Sequence record: SRR31156797_2086
Direction: 5' to 3' (one strand)
DNA: 36,797 bases
Position numbers and translations under genes: made by a program. Under the pieces are notes generated by a model that saw only the letters and a list, made by a program, of their open reading frames with translations, did not search any database and was not told where the DNA came from. Below are positions 8,078 through 17,509 of this stretch, piece after piece (the first letter of the stretch is position 1; each line of letters begins with the position of its first letter).

Positions 8078-8110
8078 AAAAGGATAATTACGTTGTGATT
8101 ATCCTTTTTT
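8078..8110 (+). terminator. Intrinsic terminator after TIM-barrel gene
   Basis: AAAAGGATAATTA-CGTTG-TGATTATCCTTTT-TT. Confidence 0.8.
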
Positions 8111-8267
8111 GCGTGCACTGCAATTTTAGATTTACAGATCTGGGATATATTATTGTGAAATTTAATTAGAATGATTCGAATTAATAATGTAGGTACCATA
8201 AAATCAATATAGTTCTGTATATTTATACATAACAGTATTATTACTAACCATTCTAACCCCTACCTTT

Positions 8268-10097
8268 GTGAAATGCAAATTGATTAGTTTATTCCTGTTT
8301 TCTTGTTTATTCATTACTATACTGAATGTATCAGCTCAGGAAATTCCAATAAAAACAATATATGAACATGTTATAGTGAAAACGGATTCTTCCTTTACAA
8401 AAGAAGTTACTGTTACGCTAAAAAAGAATGACGACATAGTGGTTTATCCAATTGTTTACGATACAGAATTGGAGGAATTGTCAGAAGTACAAGTATATCT
8501 TAAAAAGGGAAAGCGCTACAAACTCACCAAAAATCCTGTGATAAAAGAAGAAGGTGTTGATTTGGATTACGTCACAAGTAAAAAGATAAAATCAGTTGTT
8601 ATACTTCCTGATTCAGAAGCCAAAATTACCTATTTATTGACATGTAAAGAGTTGATGTATTTTTCAGGTTTTTATTTTTTTTCATACAATCAGGTTGATA
8701 CATTAAAATATAAAATTGAAATGCCAGAGTCGTTTCAAATGGTTCATAATACCATTTATCGAGATTCACTGGATTATTTACAATTGGATTCATCGAAAAT
8801 AAATGGTTGGAGGAGTTTAAGATTAGAAGTAGTTCCGAAAAAAGTTAAGGCAAACCCTCTAATGTTCTTCGGAATTTATAAAAATTTGAAAGTTCCAATG
8901 ATGAGGAGCTTGATTGTACCAGAATCATATCATAATAGAGCAAAGGATTATATGAATGATTGGTATATGCAAAAAGTGGAAGAAAGAAGGGGCTTGGATT
9001 CTACCGTTATTTGTAAAATAGATAAAATTACCGAAGGTCTAAATGATCCAATGGACATTTTAAATGTTCTTTATGGATATGTAAAAGCGAACTTTAAATA
9101 TGTGGCTATTGAAGTAGGTATGGGAGCTTTTATTCCAACTCATGCTAATGAAGTATTTCATAACAAACAGGGTGATTGTAAAGATTTATCCAATTTTTTA
9201 TCGGAAGCATTAAACTACAAAGGCATTAAATGTGATATTGCTATGGCGGCAACATTTAGTCACATCAGCGATTGTAATTTTCCATCTTTGTGTTCTGCGA
9301 ATCATGTAATTTGTGTTGCTTATGTCAATAATAAGTTAATAGTTCTAGATCCTACCGATCCGATACATGTTCCGGAAACACCAGTCCAAAGTATACAAGA
9401 TCGATCGGTTCTAATTGTTAATTCGAATGGCGGTGAATTTTATGAACCTGTTGGATTTTCTCCTAAAGAGAATTGCATTGACTATGATATTGAATTGAAG
9501 GCAAATTCAGATCAAATGTTTATGGAAGGAAATTTTAAGGTTAATTATGATGGCATTTCAGGAAATTTTTTGAGAAGAGTATTTATGGATGTTGGGATCA
9601 ATGAAATGAATTCGATTGGAAAAAATCATTACGAATCAGTGTTTGGAAATCAATCCGTATCTGATGTGAATATCATAAAGAATGAAAAAAAAATTGGAGC
9701 CAATGGTAAGTTGAATGTAAAGGGTAAAGTGTTTAAAGATGAGAAGACAACATTGCTCTTTGTTGATTTTTTACCGCGTATAATTGAAACGGAAGAAAGA
9801 GAAATTTTATTAGAAGGTACGCACTTGGGGAATACGATTGGTAAAAATGTGATATTGAAGATTACTATGGATGAGGCTTTTGAATGTTTTAAACCAATTC
9901 AACACACTTTTACAAATGATGGTGTTTCTTTAAATATAAGCATTCGTAATCCATCAGATTTTGTTATTGAGTGTAAGTATGAATTTGAGCTAGATTATAT
10001 ATTCATAGGAAAAGAGAACGTCGATATTACCAATAAGATCTTAAAATCCTTCAAAAAAATAAGCAATGAGCCGATTATTCTTAAAAGAAAGAGTTAA
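8268..10097 (+). CDS. Exported DUF3857/transglutaminase-like domain protein, catalytic triad intact
   Basis: GTG start, signal peptide; FKYVAIEVGMGAFIP, GDCKD (Cys), ANHVIC (His), LDPT (Asp). Confidence 0.85.
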   Translation: MKCKLISLFLFSCLFITILNVSAQEIPIKTIYEHVIVKTDSSFTKEVTVTLKKNDDIVVYPIVYDTELEELSEVQVYLKKGKRYKLTKNPVIKEEGVDLDYVTSKKIKSVVILPDSEAKITYLLTCKELMYFSGFYFFSYNQVDTLKYKIEMPESFQMVHNTIYRDSLDYLQLDSSKINGWRSLRLEVVPKKVKANPLMFFGIYKNLKVPMMRSLIVPESYHNRAKDYMNDWYMQKVEERRGLDSTVICKIDKITEGLNDPMDILNVLYGYVKANFKYVAIEVGMGAFIPTHANEVFHNKQGDCKDLSNFLSEALNYKGIKCDIAMAATFSHISDCNFPSLCSANHVICVAYVNNKLIVLDPTDPIHVPETPVQSIQDRSVLIVNSNGGEFYEPVGFSPKENCIDYDIELKANSDQMFMEGNFKVNYDGISGNFLRRVFMDVGINEMNSIGKNHYESVFGNQSVSDVNIIKNEKKIGANGKLNVKGKVFKDEKTTLLFVDFLPRIIETEEREILLEGTHLGNTIGKNVILKITMDEAFECFKPIQHTFTNDGVSLNISIRNPSDFVIECKYEFELDYIFIGKENVDITNKILKSFKKISNEPIILKRKS

Positions 10098-12093
10098 AAA
10101 ACAACTTATCCTCTGTGCAATTTTAATGATGGGGAATACCATTTTTGCTAACGATACAATTGTAGATTATAGCTTTAGAGAACATTGTAAAGCTTCTGAT
10201 GCTTATTTATTGTATTCTTTTACAGATGTAGTTTATTCTAGGTTGTGGAACTCTTACGCTAAGCAAATTACCGTTAGAAGTAAGTTGGTTGTTAACAATA
10301 AGACCGGAGTTGAAAAATATGCATTTTTGAATTTTGATCAATCCATAACGAATCGATTGAGAGAGATTACAATTAAGACATTGAAAGCTGACGGTACGGT
10401 TGTAAAATCGGATTCCAATTTAATATCGAAACTGATAGGAAAAGAAAACAAACTTGGATTGATAAGTCATCCAATAGCTGGAGTTGAGCCTGGAGATACC
10501 ATCGAAACCTACTACACCTATGGAGTAGGGCAGAAAAAATATGAGATGAGGGATTTTGTAAACCTCTACAATAGCGTTCCAAGTTTAAATACAGAATTTA
10601 CGGTTAGAGCTAATCCTAATTTTACGATAAGATATAAATCCTATAATGGTTTTCCAGAACCTCAAATATTGTCTAATGATACTTTGGTGTATTGCGCATT
10701 TAAAATGGAGAACATTAAAGGATTATCAGAAAATCAATATACCTGCTTAGCTTGTGAACTTCCTTACCTGTTTTATTCACTAGAAAATAAGAATAGTGAA
10801 CTAAGAACCTGGAAGGAAGTATACAACCAGGAGTTTAACTTTATTACTCAACCTATTTTATTGGATTATCAGAAATCATCTTATTATAAAAAATGGAAAA
10901 AAAAGGTGATTGGCGATGCAAAGGACAGTAGTAAATATTACCAGTTAAACCTTTTGCATGAAGATATTTTTACTAACATACAGATTGATGAAGTTCGAGA
11001 AAAGGAACTTATAAAATCCAGTGGTTATTTTCTAAAGGAAAAACGTTTTGATCCGATGAGTATTAGAAGACTCTATCGTCAAATATTAGAAGATCTTGAA
11101 ATTAAATATTGGGCTGTTTTTGCCAGAAGTAAACGGATGGGTAAAATCGACCCTTACTATATTCGAAAAGGGGAGTTTGATCATATCTTTTTTGCCTATG
11201 AGAATGAACAAGGTGCATTGGAATTACTGTATCCACATATTATAGCGCATAAATATTTAATTAATGAAATACCTACTGCACTTTATAATACCGAAGCGGT
11301 TATAGCTCGGCCATATTTAAAAAAGAAAATAAAGAGGAGTCAAAAATTTATTAATTATGACTTAAAGGTGGCGGAAGTTGACTCGGTTACGGTAAATATG
11401 ATTCGATTGCCAGGGATGAGTGCCAATCGTAATTTTGTGAAGCAGGTTTTAGATTGCGATGTAGATTTAGACACTAGGAGTACTACTTTTAAATCTCGAT
11501 TTTCAATGTCGGGAGGTTTATCAACAGATATCAGAAGTTTCTTTAGGATGTTAAATCAGAATAAGGAAATGAGTGATTTTTATGATGCTTTGAGCGAATA
11601 TGAAGGAGATGACAATCCGTTAGAGATTGATACCATTATTGGGACCAATTTTACGGATCACAAACCTTTTTTGTATAGCATTACTGCTGAAGGTAAGTTA
11701 AAAGAAACTCTTTCTTTTTTAAACGATAGTTTAATTAGTATTTCCATTGATAAATTACTGCGACACAGTCAGGTTGAAAGTGATTTGGATTCAACACAAT
11801 TGAATTATTATCTTGATTATTGTTATACTGACTTTTGCTTGATAATATTAAAATTTCCTTGCGAAGTAGAGGTATTGGGGTTGGATAAATACAATAAGAA
11901 TTTTAAAAATCAATTTGGAGAGTATTTATTTTCTTTGAATTTAGCTGGTAAAAATCAATTGATTTTTAGATCAAATTATAAAGTGATAAAAGACATGATT
12001 TTAAAGGAAGATTATGGAGAATTGAAGAAGATGAATGATTTATTACAAGAAATAAAGTCTATGCGAGTTATGGTAAAATTAAAATCATCTTAA
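10066..12093 (+). CDS. Exported DUF3857/transglutaminase-like paralogue, apparently catalytically inactive
   Basis: KTLKADG and GVEPGDTIETYYT (DUF3857); FDHIFF present but no GDC-type Cys motif; 32-nt overlap with upstream gene. Confidence 0.75.
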   Translation: MSRLFLKERVKKQLILCAILMMGNTIFANDTIVDYSFREHCKASDAYLLYSFTDVVYSRLWNSYAKQITVRSKLVVNNKTGVEKYAFLNFDQSITNRLREITIKTLKADGTVVKSDSNLISKLIGKENKLGLISHPIAGVEPGDTIETYYTYGVGQKKYEMRDFVNLYNSVPSLNTEFTVRANPNFTIRYKSYNGFPEPQILSNDTLVYCAFKMENIKGLSENQYTCLACELPYLFYSLENKNSELRTWKEVYNQEFNFITQPILLDYQKSSYYKKWKKKVIGDAKDSSKYYQLNLLHEDIFTNIQIDEVREKELIKSSGYFLKEKRFDPMSIRRLYRQILEDLEIKYWAVFARSKRMGKIDPYYIRKGEFDHIFFAYENEQGALELLYPHIIAHKYLINEIPTALYNTEAVIARPYLKKKIKRSQKFINYDLKVAEVDSVTVNMIRLPGMSANRNFVKQVLDCDVDLDTRSTTFKSRFSMSGGLSTDIRSFFRMLNQNKEMSDFYDALSEYEGDDNPLEIDTIIGTNFTDHKPFLYSITAEGKLKETLSFLNDSLISISIDKLLRHSQVESDLDSTQLNYYLDYCYTDFCLIILKFPCEVEVLGLDKYNKNFKNQFGEYLFSLNLAGKNQLIFRSNYKVIKDMILKEDYGELKKMNDLLQEIKSMRVMVKLKSS

Positions 12094-12123
12094 GTAAGTT
12101 CAGCAAGTCTTAAAAAGCATTAT

Positions 12124-12159
12124 AAAAAAAGCCGCTGAGCAACTTACTCAACGGCTTTT
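12124..12159. terminator. Bidirectional intrinsic terminator between convergent genes
   Basis: AAAAAAAGCCGCTGAG-CAACTTA-CTCAACGGCTTTT. Confidence 0.8.
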
Positions 12160-12181
12160 GTATTTTAATACAGATTAGTTT

Positions 12182-15100
12182 TTATTCACATGCTTCCAAT
12201 AAGGCTTTAACGGCAGCTTCCAATTGCTGGTCGTCGCCATTGTCAATTTTCCCAGGCATGTTTTTCACTTGAATTTCTGGAACGGTTTCGTTGTTTTCCA
12301 ACCATTCACCGGCTTTATTTTTTGCACTTACAGGAATCGATCCCCAAAGTACATTTCCGTTTTGCAACATTTCCCAACCTGCAAAACTACAGGTTCCTGG
12401 AACAGGCATACCAATTAGTTTTCCAATTCCTAAATCCTGATAAGCACATGAGAAGCAATGTCCATCGCTGTAATTCGCTTCATTCACCATTGCAACTGAT
12501 GGTTTTGTCCATCTGTATCCAGGCTCGTAACCAATAGGTCTGTCTTCAATGGCATAGGTCATAAAGGTTTCTCCGGTTAAGAACATGGTAATGTCACCAA
12601 CTAAATCGCCGCCGCCATTAAAACGGGTATCAATAATAACACCATCTCTATCGTAATATTTACCCATTACTTTTTCGTAGGTATTACGGTAAGCACCATC
12701 GTTCATTCCAGGAATGTGAACGTAAGCCAATTTTCCATTGCTTAATTTGTCAACTTCTTCTTCGTTCTTTTTTACCCACCTTTTGTACTGTAAATCATTT
12801 GCAGCACTGGTTGAGATTGGTTTAACAGTGATGTTTTGAGATTTTTTTGTTGTAGGATCAACAATATGCAAAGCTGTAAATTTTCCAGCTTTTCGATTCA
12901 GGAATTTGGCGTAATCAACATCTTTACCAATTTTAATTCCATCGATTTGCTCGATAATCATACCTTTAGAAATCTTTAGGTTTTTCTTGTCAAGAGGACC
13001 ACCTTTCATGATTTCAGCGATTTTAATTCCTTCGCCTTTGTAATCGTAGTCGATAAAAATTCCCAATGATGCTGTTTTATCTCCATTCGAAATACCACCA
13101 TAATAGCGAGCACCGCAATGAGAAACATTCAATTCACCTAACATTTCACCAAGCAATTGTGAGAATTCTAAATCGTTGCTGATGGATTGTAGCTTAGGTT
13201 CGTAGTTTTCTCTCAAGGCATCCCAATCCACACCATGATAATTCGAAATGTAGAACATGCTCTTGTTACGTTTCCATACATGATCGAACATTTGCTGACG
13301 CTCTGCGGTTACATCCAGAGTCATCTCTCCTCGGATAGAAACAGGTTTGGTTGATTTTCCTTTTAAATCAACAGTAGAAATACTACCATTCGATAGCAGG
13401 AATAACTTTTCTTTTTTCTTGTCCCATTGCAGGCTACCATTTCTTGAGCCTAATTTGATCAACATTTTGGTTTCCTTAGTGCGCAACTTGGTACTCCAAA
13501 GATTGTATCCTTTCTCAAATTTAGCAAGATAGTAAAGTGTTTCGCCATCTTTTGAAAGAACGGCATCTGCCAATTTCGATGAGTGAAGTGTCAATCGCTT
13601 TTTACGATCTTTCATGTCATCCCAATCGAAAGTAAGAGTGCTGTCTTTTTTGATCTCTTCTTTTTTATCTTTCTTCTTCGATTTTTTCTTATCCTTATCC
13701 GCTTCTTTCTTGGCTTTCTCTTTTTCTTCTTTTTCCTTTTTTTCAATCTCTTTCAACAAAGCATATTCATCTTTGCTCATATTAAATCTGTCCCATGAGT
13801 CTTTAGTAAAGAACATCGTGTACACATCCATCTGACGGGAACCGCTGTTGGCATATGAACGCAAACCGTGTCGGTCGCTGAACCAAAGCATTTGCTTACC
13901 ACCATTTACCCAAATAGGACTTGCATCACCATAACCACTCTCGGTAAGGTTGATCATTTTTTGTTTGCCATCAGCAGCAATCAATACAACTTCGCTATTT
14001 GCCAATACAGGTGAATATTCTACTAACAACCACTTGCTGTCCGGGCTCCATGAAAAATACTGATCGCCATCGCCCATGTAGAACAATTGATCACCATTCA
14101 TAATGGTACGGATTTTTTTGCTTTCGATATTGAAAATTTTCAATGAAGTTTTGTTCTCAATAAAAGCAACTTCTTTTCCGTCTGGAGAGAATTTAGGTTC
14201 GTAATTTTCATTTTCATTTACGATCAAAGGCTCCTCTTTTAGTAGGGTAGAAGCGTAGAAGTAAGGTTCTGTATTGCTTACTTTTTTGCTTTGATAAATT
14301 CCCCATTTGGCATTTCGTTCGCTAGCATAAATAATGCTTTTTCCATCAGGCGAAAAGCTTACAAAGCGCTCTTCGGCAGGAGTGGTTGTAATTCGTTTAG
14401 TCATTTTGGCTTCAACCGATGAAACAAACACCTCGCCACGGGCAATGTATGCAATCTCTTTTCCATCAGGAGAAACTGCCATTTCCTTTACATTTCCTCT
14501 AACTGAAATAATTTTTTCATTATTGCTTTTACCTTCGGTATTGATGTTTACATTCACCTTTTGCTGATTGCCATTGGACATTGTAAACAATTCACCATTG
14601 TGAGTATAGCAAAGAGTACCATTGTTCGCCATACTTAGGTAACGAACTGGGTGCATTTTAAAATCAGTTATTTGCTCTTTATTAGATGGATTCGCCAATT
14701 CCAATTTGTGAACATTGAAACAACCACTTTCCTCGCTCAGGTAGTAGATACTTTTCTCATCAGCACTATACACAGGGTTTCTATCTTCACCATTAAAACT
14801 GGTGATCATACTGTGCTTGTTGCTTTTTACATCGTATTTCCATATGTCGCGAGTAACGGCTGAAGTATGATGCTTACGAAACTCATCCTCACCACCTTTT
14901 TTATCGTGATATATCATTTGTGATCCATCCCTGCTAACCTTTACATCTTCTGCAGGAATAGTCCAAACCTGGTCAACGCGACCACCATTGGCAGCTACTT
15001 GATACAATTCGGTTTGCGATCGGTGAGGATACTGACGGTGATTCACTGCATCCAATCTTTGCGCGCCAAAAATTACATTCTTGTCATCATTGCTAAATGT

Positions 15101-15439
15101 ATATGGATATTCAGATTTTGAATGATAGGTTAGTCTCTTTGCAGCTCCACCATTGGCATTCATTACGAATACATCAAAGTTTCCATATCGCTCCGATGCA
15201 AATGCAATTTTGCTTCCATCATGACTCCATACAGGCATAAAATCGTGTGCCTCGTGAAAGGTAAGTGGACGAGCTTCGCCACCATTTGCTGATACCAAGT
15301 AAAGATCTCCTCTATTGGCAAATACAATCTGTTCTCCATTTGGAGAAATCGCTGCGTAGCGTATCCATTCGGTATTTCCTTTAGCCGAGACGAATCCAGA
15401 TAAAAGTGCAGCGAACAAGAAAATAATTGTTCTTTTCAT
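12182..15439 (-). CDS. Tricorn-like S41 family peptidase (PD40 propellers, PDZ, S41 core)
   Basis: Signal peptide from MKRTII (ATG 15439); repeated SPDG PD40 motifs; NVSHCG, DTRFNGGG, NYSDGHCF catalytic motifs; DQQLEAAV end. Confidence 0.92.
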   Translation of the reverse strand: MKRTIIFLFAALLSGFVSAKGNTEWIRYAAISPNGEQIVFANRGDLYLVSANGGEARPLTFHEAHDFMPVWSHDGSKIAFASERYGNFDVFVMNANGGAAKRLTYHSKSEYPYTFSNDDKNVIFGAQRLDAVNHRQYPHRSQTELYQVAANGGRVDQVWTIPAEDVKVSRDGSQMIYHDKKGGEDEFRKHHTSAVTRDIWKYDVKSNKHSMITSFNGEDRNPVYSADEKSIYYLSEESGCFNVHKLELANPSNKEQITDFKMHPVRYLSMANNGTLCYTHNGELFTMSNGNQQKVNVNINTEGKSNNEKIISVRGNVKEMAVSPDGKEIAYIARGEVFVSSVEAKMTKRITTTPAEERFVSFSPDGKSIIYASERNAKWGIYQSKKVSNTEPYFYASTLLKEEPLIVNENENYEPKFSPDGKEVAFIENKTSLKIFNIESKKIRTIMNGDQLFYMGDGDQYFSWSPDSKWLLVEYSPVLANSEVVLIAADGKQKMINLTESGYGDASPIWVNGGKQMLWFSDRHGLRSYANSGSRQMDVYTMFFTKDSWDRFNMSKDEYALLKEIEKKEKEEKEKAKKEADKDKKKSKKKDKKEEIKKDSTLTFDWDDMKDRKKRLTLHSSKLADAVLSKDGETLYYLAKFEKGYNLWSTKLRTKETKMLIKLGSRNGSLQWDKKKEKLFLLSNGSISTVDLKGKSTKPVSIRGEMTLDVTAERQQMFDHVWKRNKSMFYISNYHGVDWDALRENYEPKLQSISNDLEFSQLLGEMLGELNVSHCGARYYGGISNGDKTASLGIFIDYDYKGEGIKIAEIMKGGPLDKKNLKISKGMIIEQIDGIKIGKDVDYAKFLNRKAGKFTALHIVDPTTKKSQNITVKPISTSAANDLQYKRWVKKNEEEVDKLSNGKLAYVHIPGMNDGAYRNTYEKVMGKYYDRDGVIIDTRFNGGGDLVGDITMFLTGETFMTYAIEDRPIGYEPGYRWTKPSVAMVNEANYSDGHCFSCAYQDLGIGKLIGMPVPGTCSFAGWEMLQNGNVLWGSIPVSAKNKAGEWLENNETVPEIQVKNMPGKIDNGDDQQLEAAVKALLEACE

Positions 15440-15663
15440 TTTAGTGTGTGTTGTTAAAAAATATGGGTAAAAGAACAATTCTGTTAAATTCTTATACCCG
15501 TGGGTAAAATTAGATAAAAAAAAATACCTAACTACTGAAAGGCAGAATTAATCGGGGTTTCTTTGGTGTGAGGTGAACTTTGGTGTGTAAATTCACTCTA
15601 CAAACATATAAAAATTAGAAAACAGATTTGCCAATTTTGAATTTGAATTTTCAATTGGACATT

Positions 15664-15699
15664 AAAAAAATCCCGAACAAAATGAATTGAACGGGATTT
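15664..15699 (-). terminator. Intrinsic terminator after C45 peptidase gene
   Basis: AAAAAAATCCCG...CGGGATTT; T-run on minus strand. Confidence 0.6.
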
Positions 15700-15721
15700 G
15701 GAATGTTTGTTGTTAATTCTC

Positions 15722-17509
15722 TTAATTGTATTTGGCTACAATTTCATCAATTTTCGATAAATCTTTTTTGATCCACGTTGCTAAGAAGTATTTGTTTGCC
15801 TCTTCCTTAATTTCCTTAGACAATTGTTTAATTCTATCGATGTTTTTTTGATCAGGAGATTGTGCCTGCAGTTTATCGTATGCTTTTAGTAAATCTTGTT
15901 TTGCATAAAATATATCGGCAGGTGATAATATAGCATGCTTCAGCATCTCATTAATTGTGTTAATTGCAGCTTTATAGTCTTTAAAATAATTTAGAATAGT
16001 AATTTTAGAATCATACGCAGAATTATACTTTGGTCTATCCTCAATAAATTTATTAACATATTCAATGGCTTTATCTTTCTTCCCTATATTAGTATAACAC
16101 ATAGCAATCTGTCTATTTTTAAAGGCCGGTTCCAGAGATGAGTTTTTAAAATATTCTATTAAAGCTATATAATATTCATCATCACGCTTCTTTTTCTTAT
16201 TGAAATTTTCTCGATGCCATTTGCTAAAAGCCAGCTTGCTATTTACATCTACTTGAGTCTGGTTGACTTTGGCTTCTTTAAAAAGGGATACCTTTTGTGT
16301 GCTAATATCATATTCTAAAAAACGTCCTAAACCAGCTAATCGTTCCGCATACGAAAAATAGATTTTATTATTTGTATTATCTAGAATACAGCTTTTTACA
16401 GTCATATCATTATTTATAGCTTTATTATATGGATCATGTTGAAGGTGATAGTATTCAGTTGACGAAACCATTTTGTAAGCCTTTTCTACCAAATCTTTAC
16501 TATCCAACTTTTGATTTAGTTCTTTCAATTTATCTTCTCTGGCAATATTCCAATCCTTATGCATATTAATGGGGCTGTATTCAAATCGTCCTTTATCTGA
16601 TAAAGAAAGATTGGTTACCGCAATCATATTGTCATTTATATCATTTTTAATTACTTCTCCACGAGTTAGTTCATACATAGCTGCCGAATGATCCTTTTTG
16701 CTCCCAACTGCAATAAACCAAGCATGAGTACTGTAATTTTTGAATAATTTATCTACTTCCGATAATTTATCTGCATTTTCCATTACCTGTCTTAGTTTAT
16801 AAGGCATTGGCATATCTGTATTGTAATCGCTACTTTCTTTTCCTTCTGAAATAGGACAACCATTCATATTAATCGACATGCTTAAACCATTGTGATTCAT
16901 TCCGGTGTAAGCACCCGGGTAACTAACAAAGGTTAAGATACTGGTTGGAATTTTGCCTTTGCGATGATAATTTACAAGTAAAGGATAATGAGTAAATATT
17001 TCAATATCGTGCCAGTCAAGATTTCGTCCATGAACTAATTCATTCTCATTTCTCAACACAAAGGAAGTACAACTAATATCAAAAAATATCTGAGGAAAAT
17101 AAGCTATGGTTTTAATTTCTCTTAGATTCAAATTACAGCCATCAGCCATACCTTCCAATTCTTCAAGAAATTCTTGAGGCATTCTTTTTTCAATCTTCCT
17201 GATTTTAGATTTTAAAACCCTATTGGCAATCCATTTTTTTAAAAAGAATTTGCCTACAAAAGAATCAACTATGCTGTCTACTTTAACATCTAAATCGAGA
17301 ATTTGATCGTTCATTAGGACGCCGTATTGTAAGCCCATTTCATAGGATTCACCTTTAACTGTTAAAAAGGAAACTCCTTCCTTCATAAACATACTACCTT
17401 CATGAAAGGTACGTATTCCATTGTTTTCCTCGTACTTGTATTCCTGTGCAACCAGAATTACAGTGAAGAAAAATAGAAGAAGGGTAAAGATTGATTTTTT
17501 AAAGTTCAT
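15722..17509 (-). CDS. C45 family autoproteolytic Ntn-hydrolase/acyltransferase with C-terminal TPR-like region
   Basis: Signal peptide; GESYEMGLQYG, EELEGMADG, SCTSF (nucleophile Cys), HGRNLDW, TGMNHNGL; helical TPR-like tail. Confidence 0.85.
   Translation of the reverse strand: MNFKKSIFTLLLFFFTVILVAQEYKYEENNGIRTFHEGSMFMKEGVSFLTVKGESYEMGLQYGVLMNDQILDLDVKVDSIVDSFVGKFFLKKWIANRVLKSKIRKIEKRMPQEFLEELEGMADGCNLNLREIKTIAYFPQIFFDISCTSFVLRNENELVHGRNLDWHDIEIFTHYPLLVNYHRKGKIPTSILTFVSYPGAYTGMNHNGLSMSINMNGCPISEGKESSDYNTDMPMPYKLRQVMENADKLSEVDKLFKNYSTHAWFIAVGSKKDHSAAMYELTRGEVIKNDINDNMIAVTNLSLSDKGRFEYSPINMHKDWNIAREDKLKELNQKLDSKDLVEKAYKMVSSTEYYHLQHDPYNKAINNDMTVKSCILDNTNNKIYFSYAERLAGLGRFLEYDISTQKVSLFKEAKVNQTQVDVNSKLAFSKWHRENFNKKKKRDDEYYIALIEYFKNSSLEPAFKNRQIAMCYTNIGKKDKAIEYVNKFIEDRPKYNSAYDSKITILNYFKDYKAAINTINEMLKHAILSPADIFYAKQDLLKAYDKLQAQSPDQKNIDRIKQLSKEIKEEANKYFLATWIKKDLSKIDEIVAKYN

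Noticed and set aside
8261..8268. TACCTTTG as the promoter -7 box of the transglutaminase gene
   Set aside because: It overlaps the GTG start, so a transcript from it would lack the start of the signal peptide; probably coincidental unless the true start is downstream.
13583..13835. Phe/Ser/Leu-rich + strand ORFs and low-complexity TTC/TTT repeats
   Set aside because: Antisense shadow of the Lys/Glu/Asp-rich linker of the S41 protease, a common feature of this family; not a repeat element.
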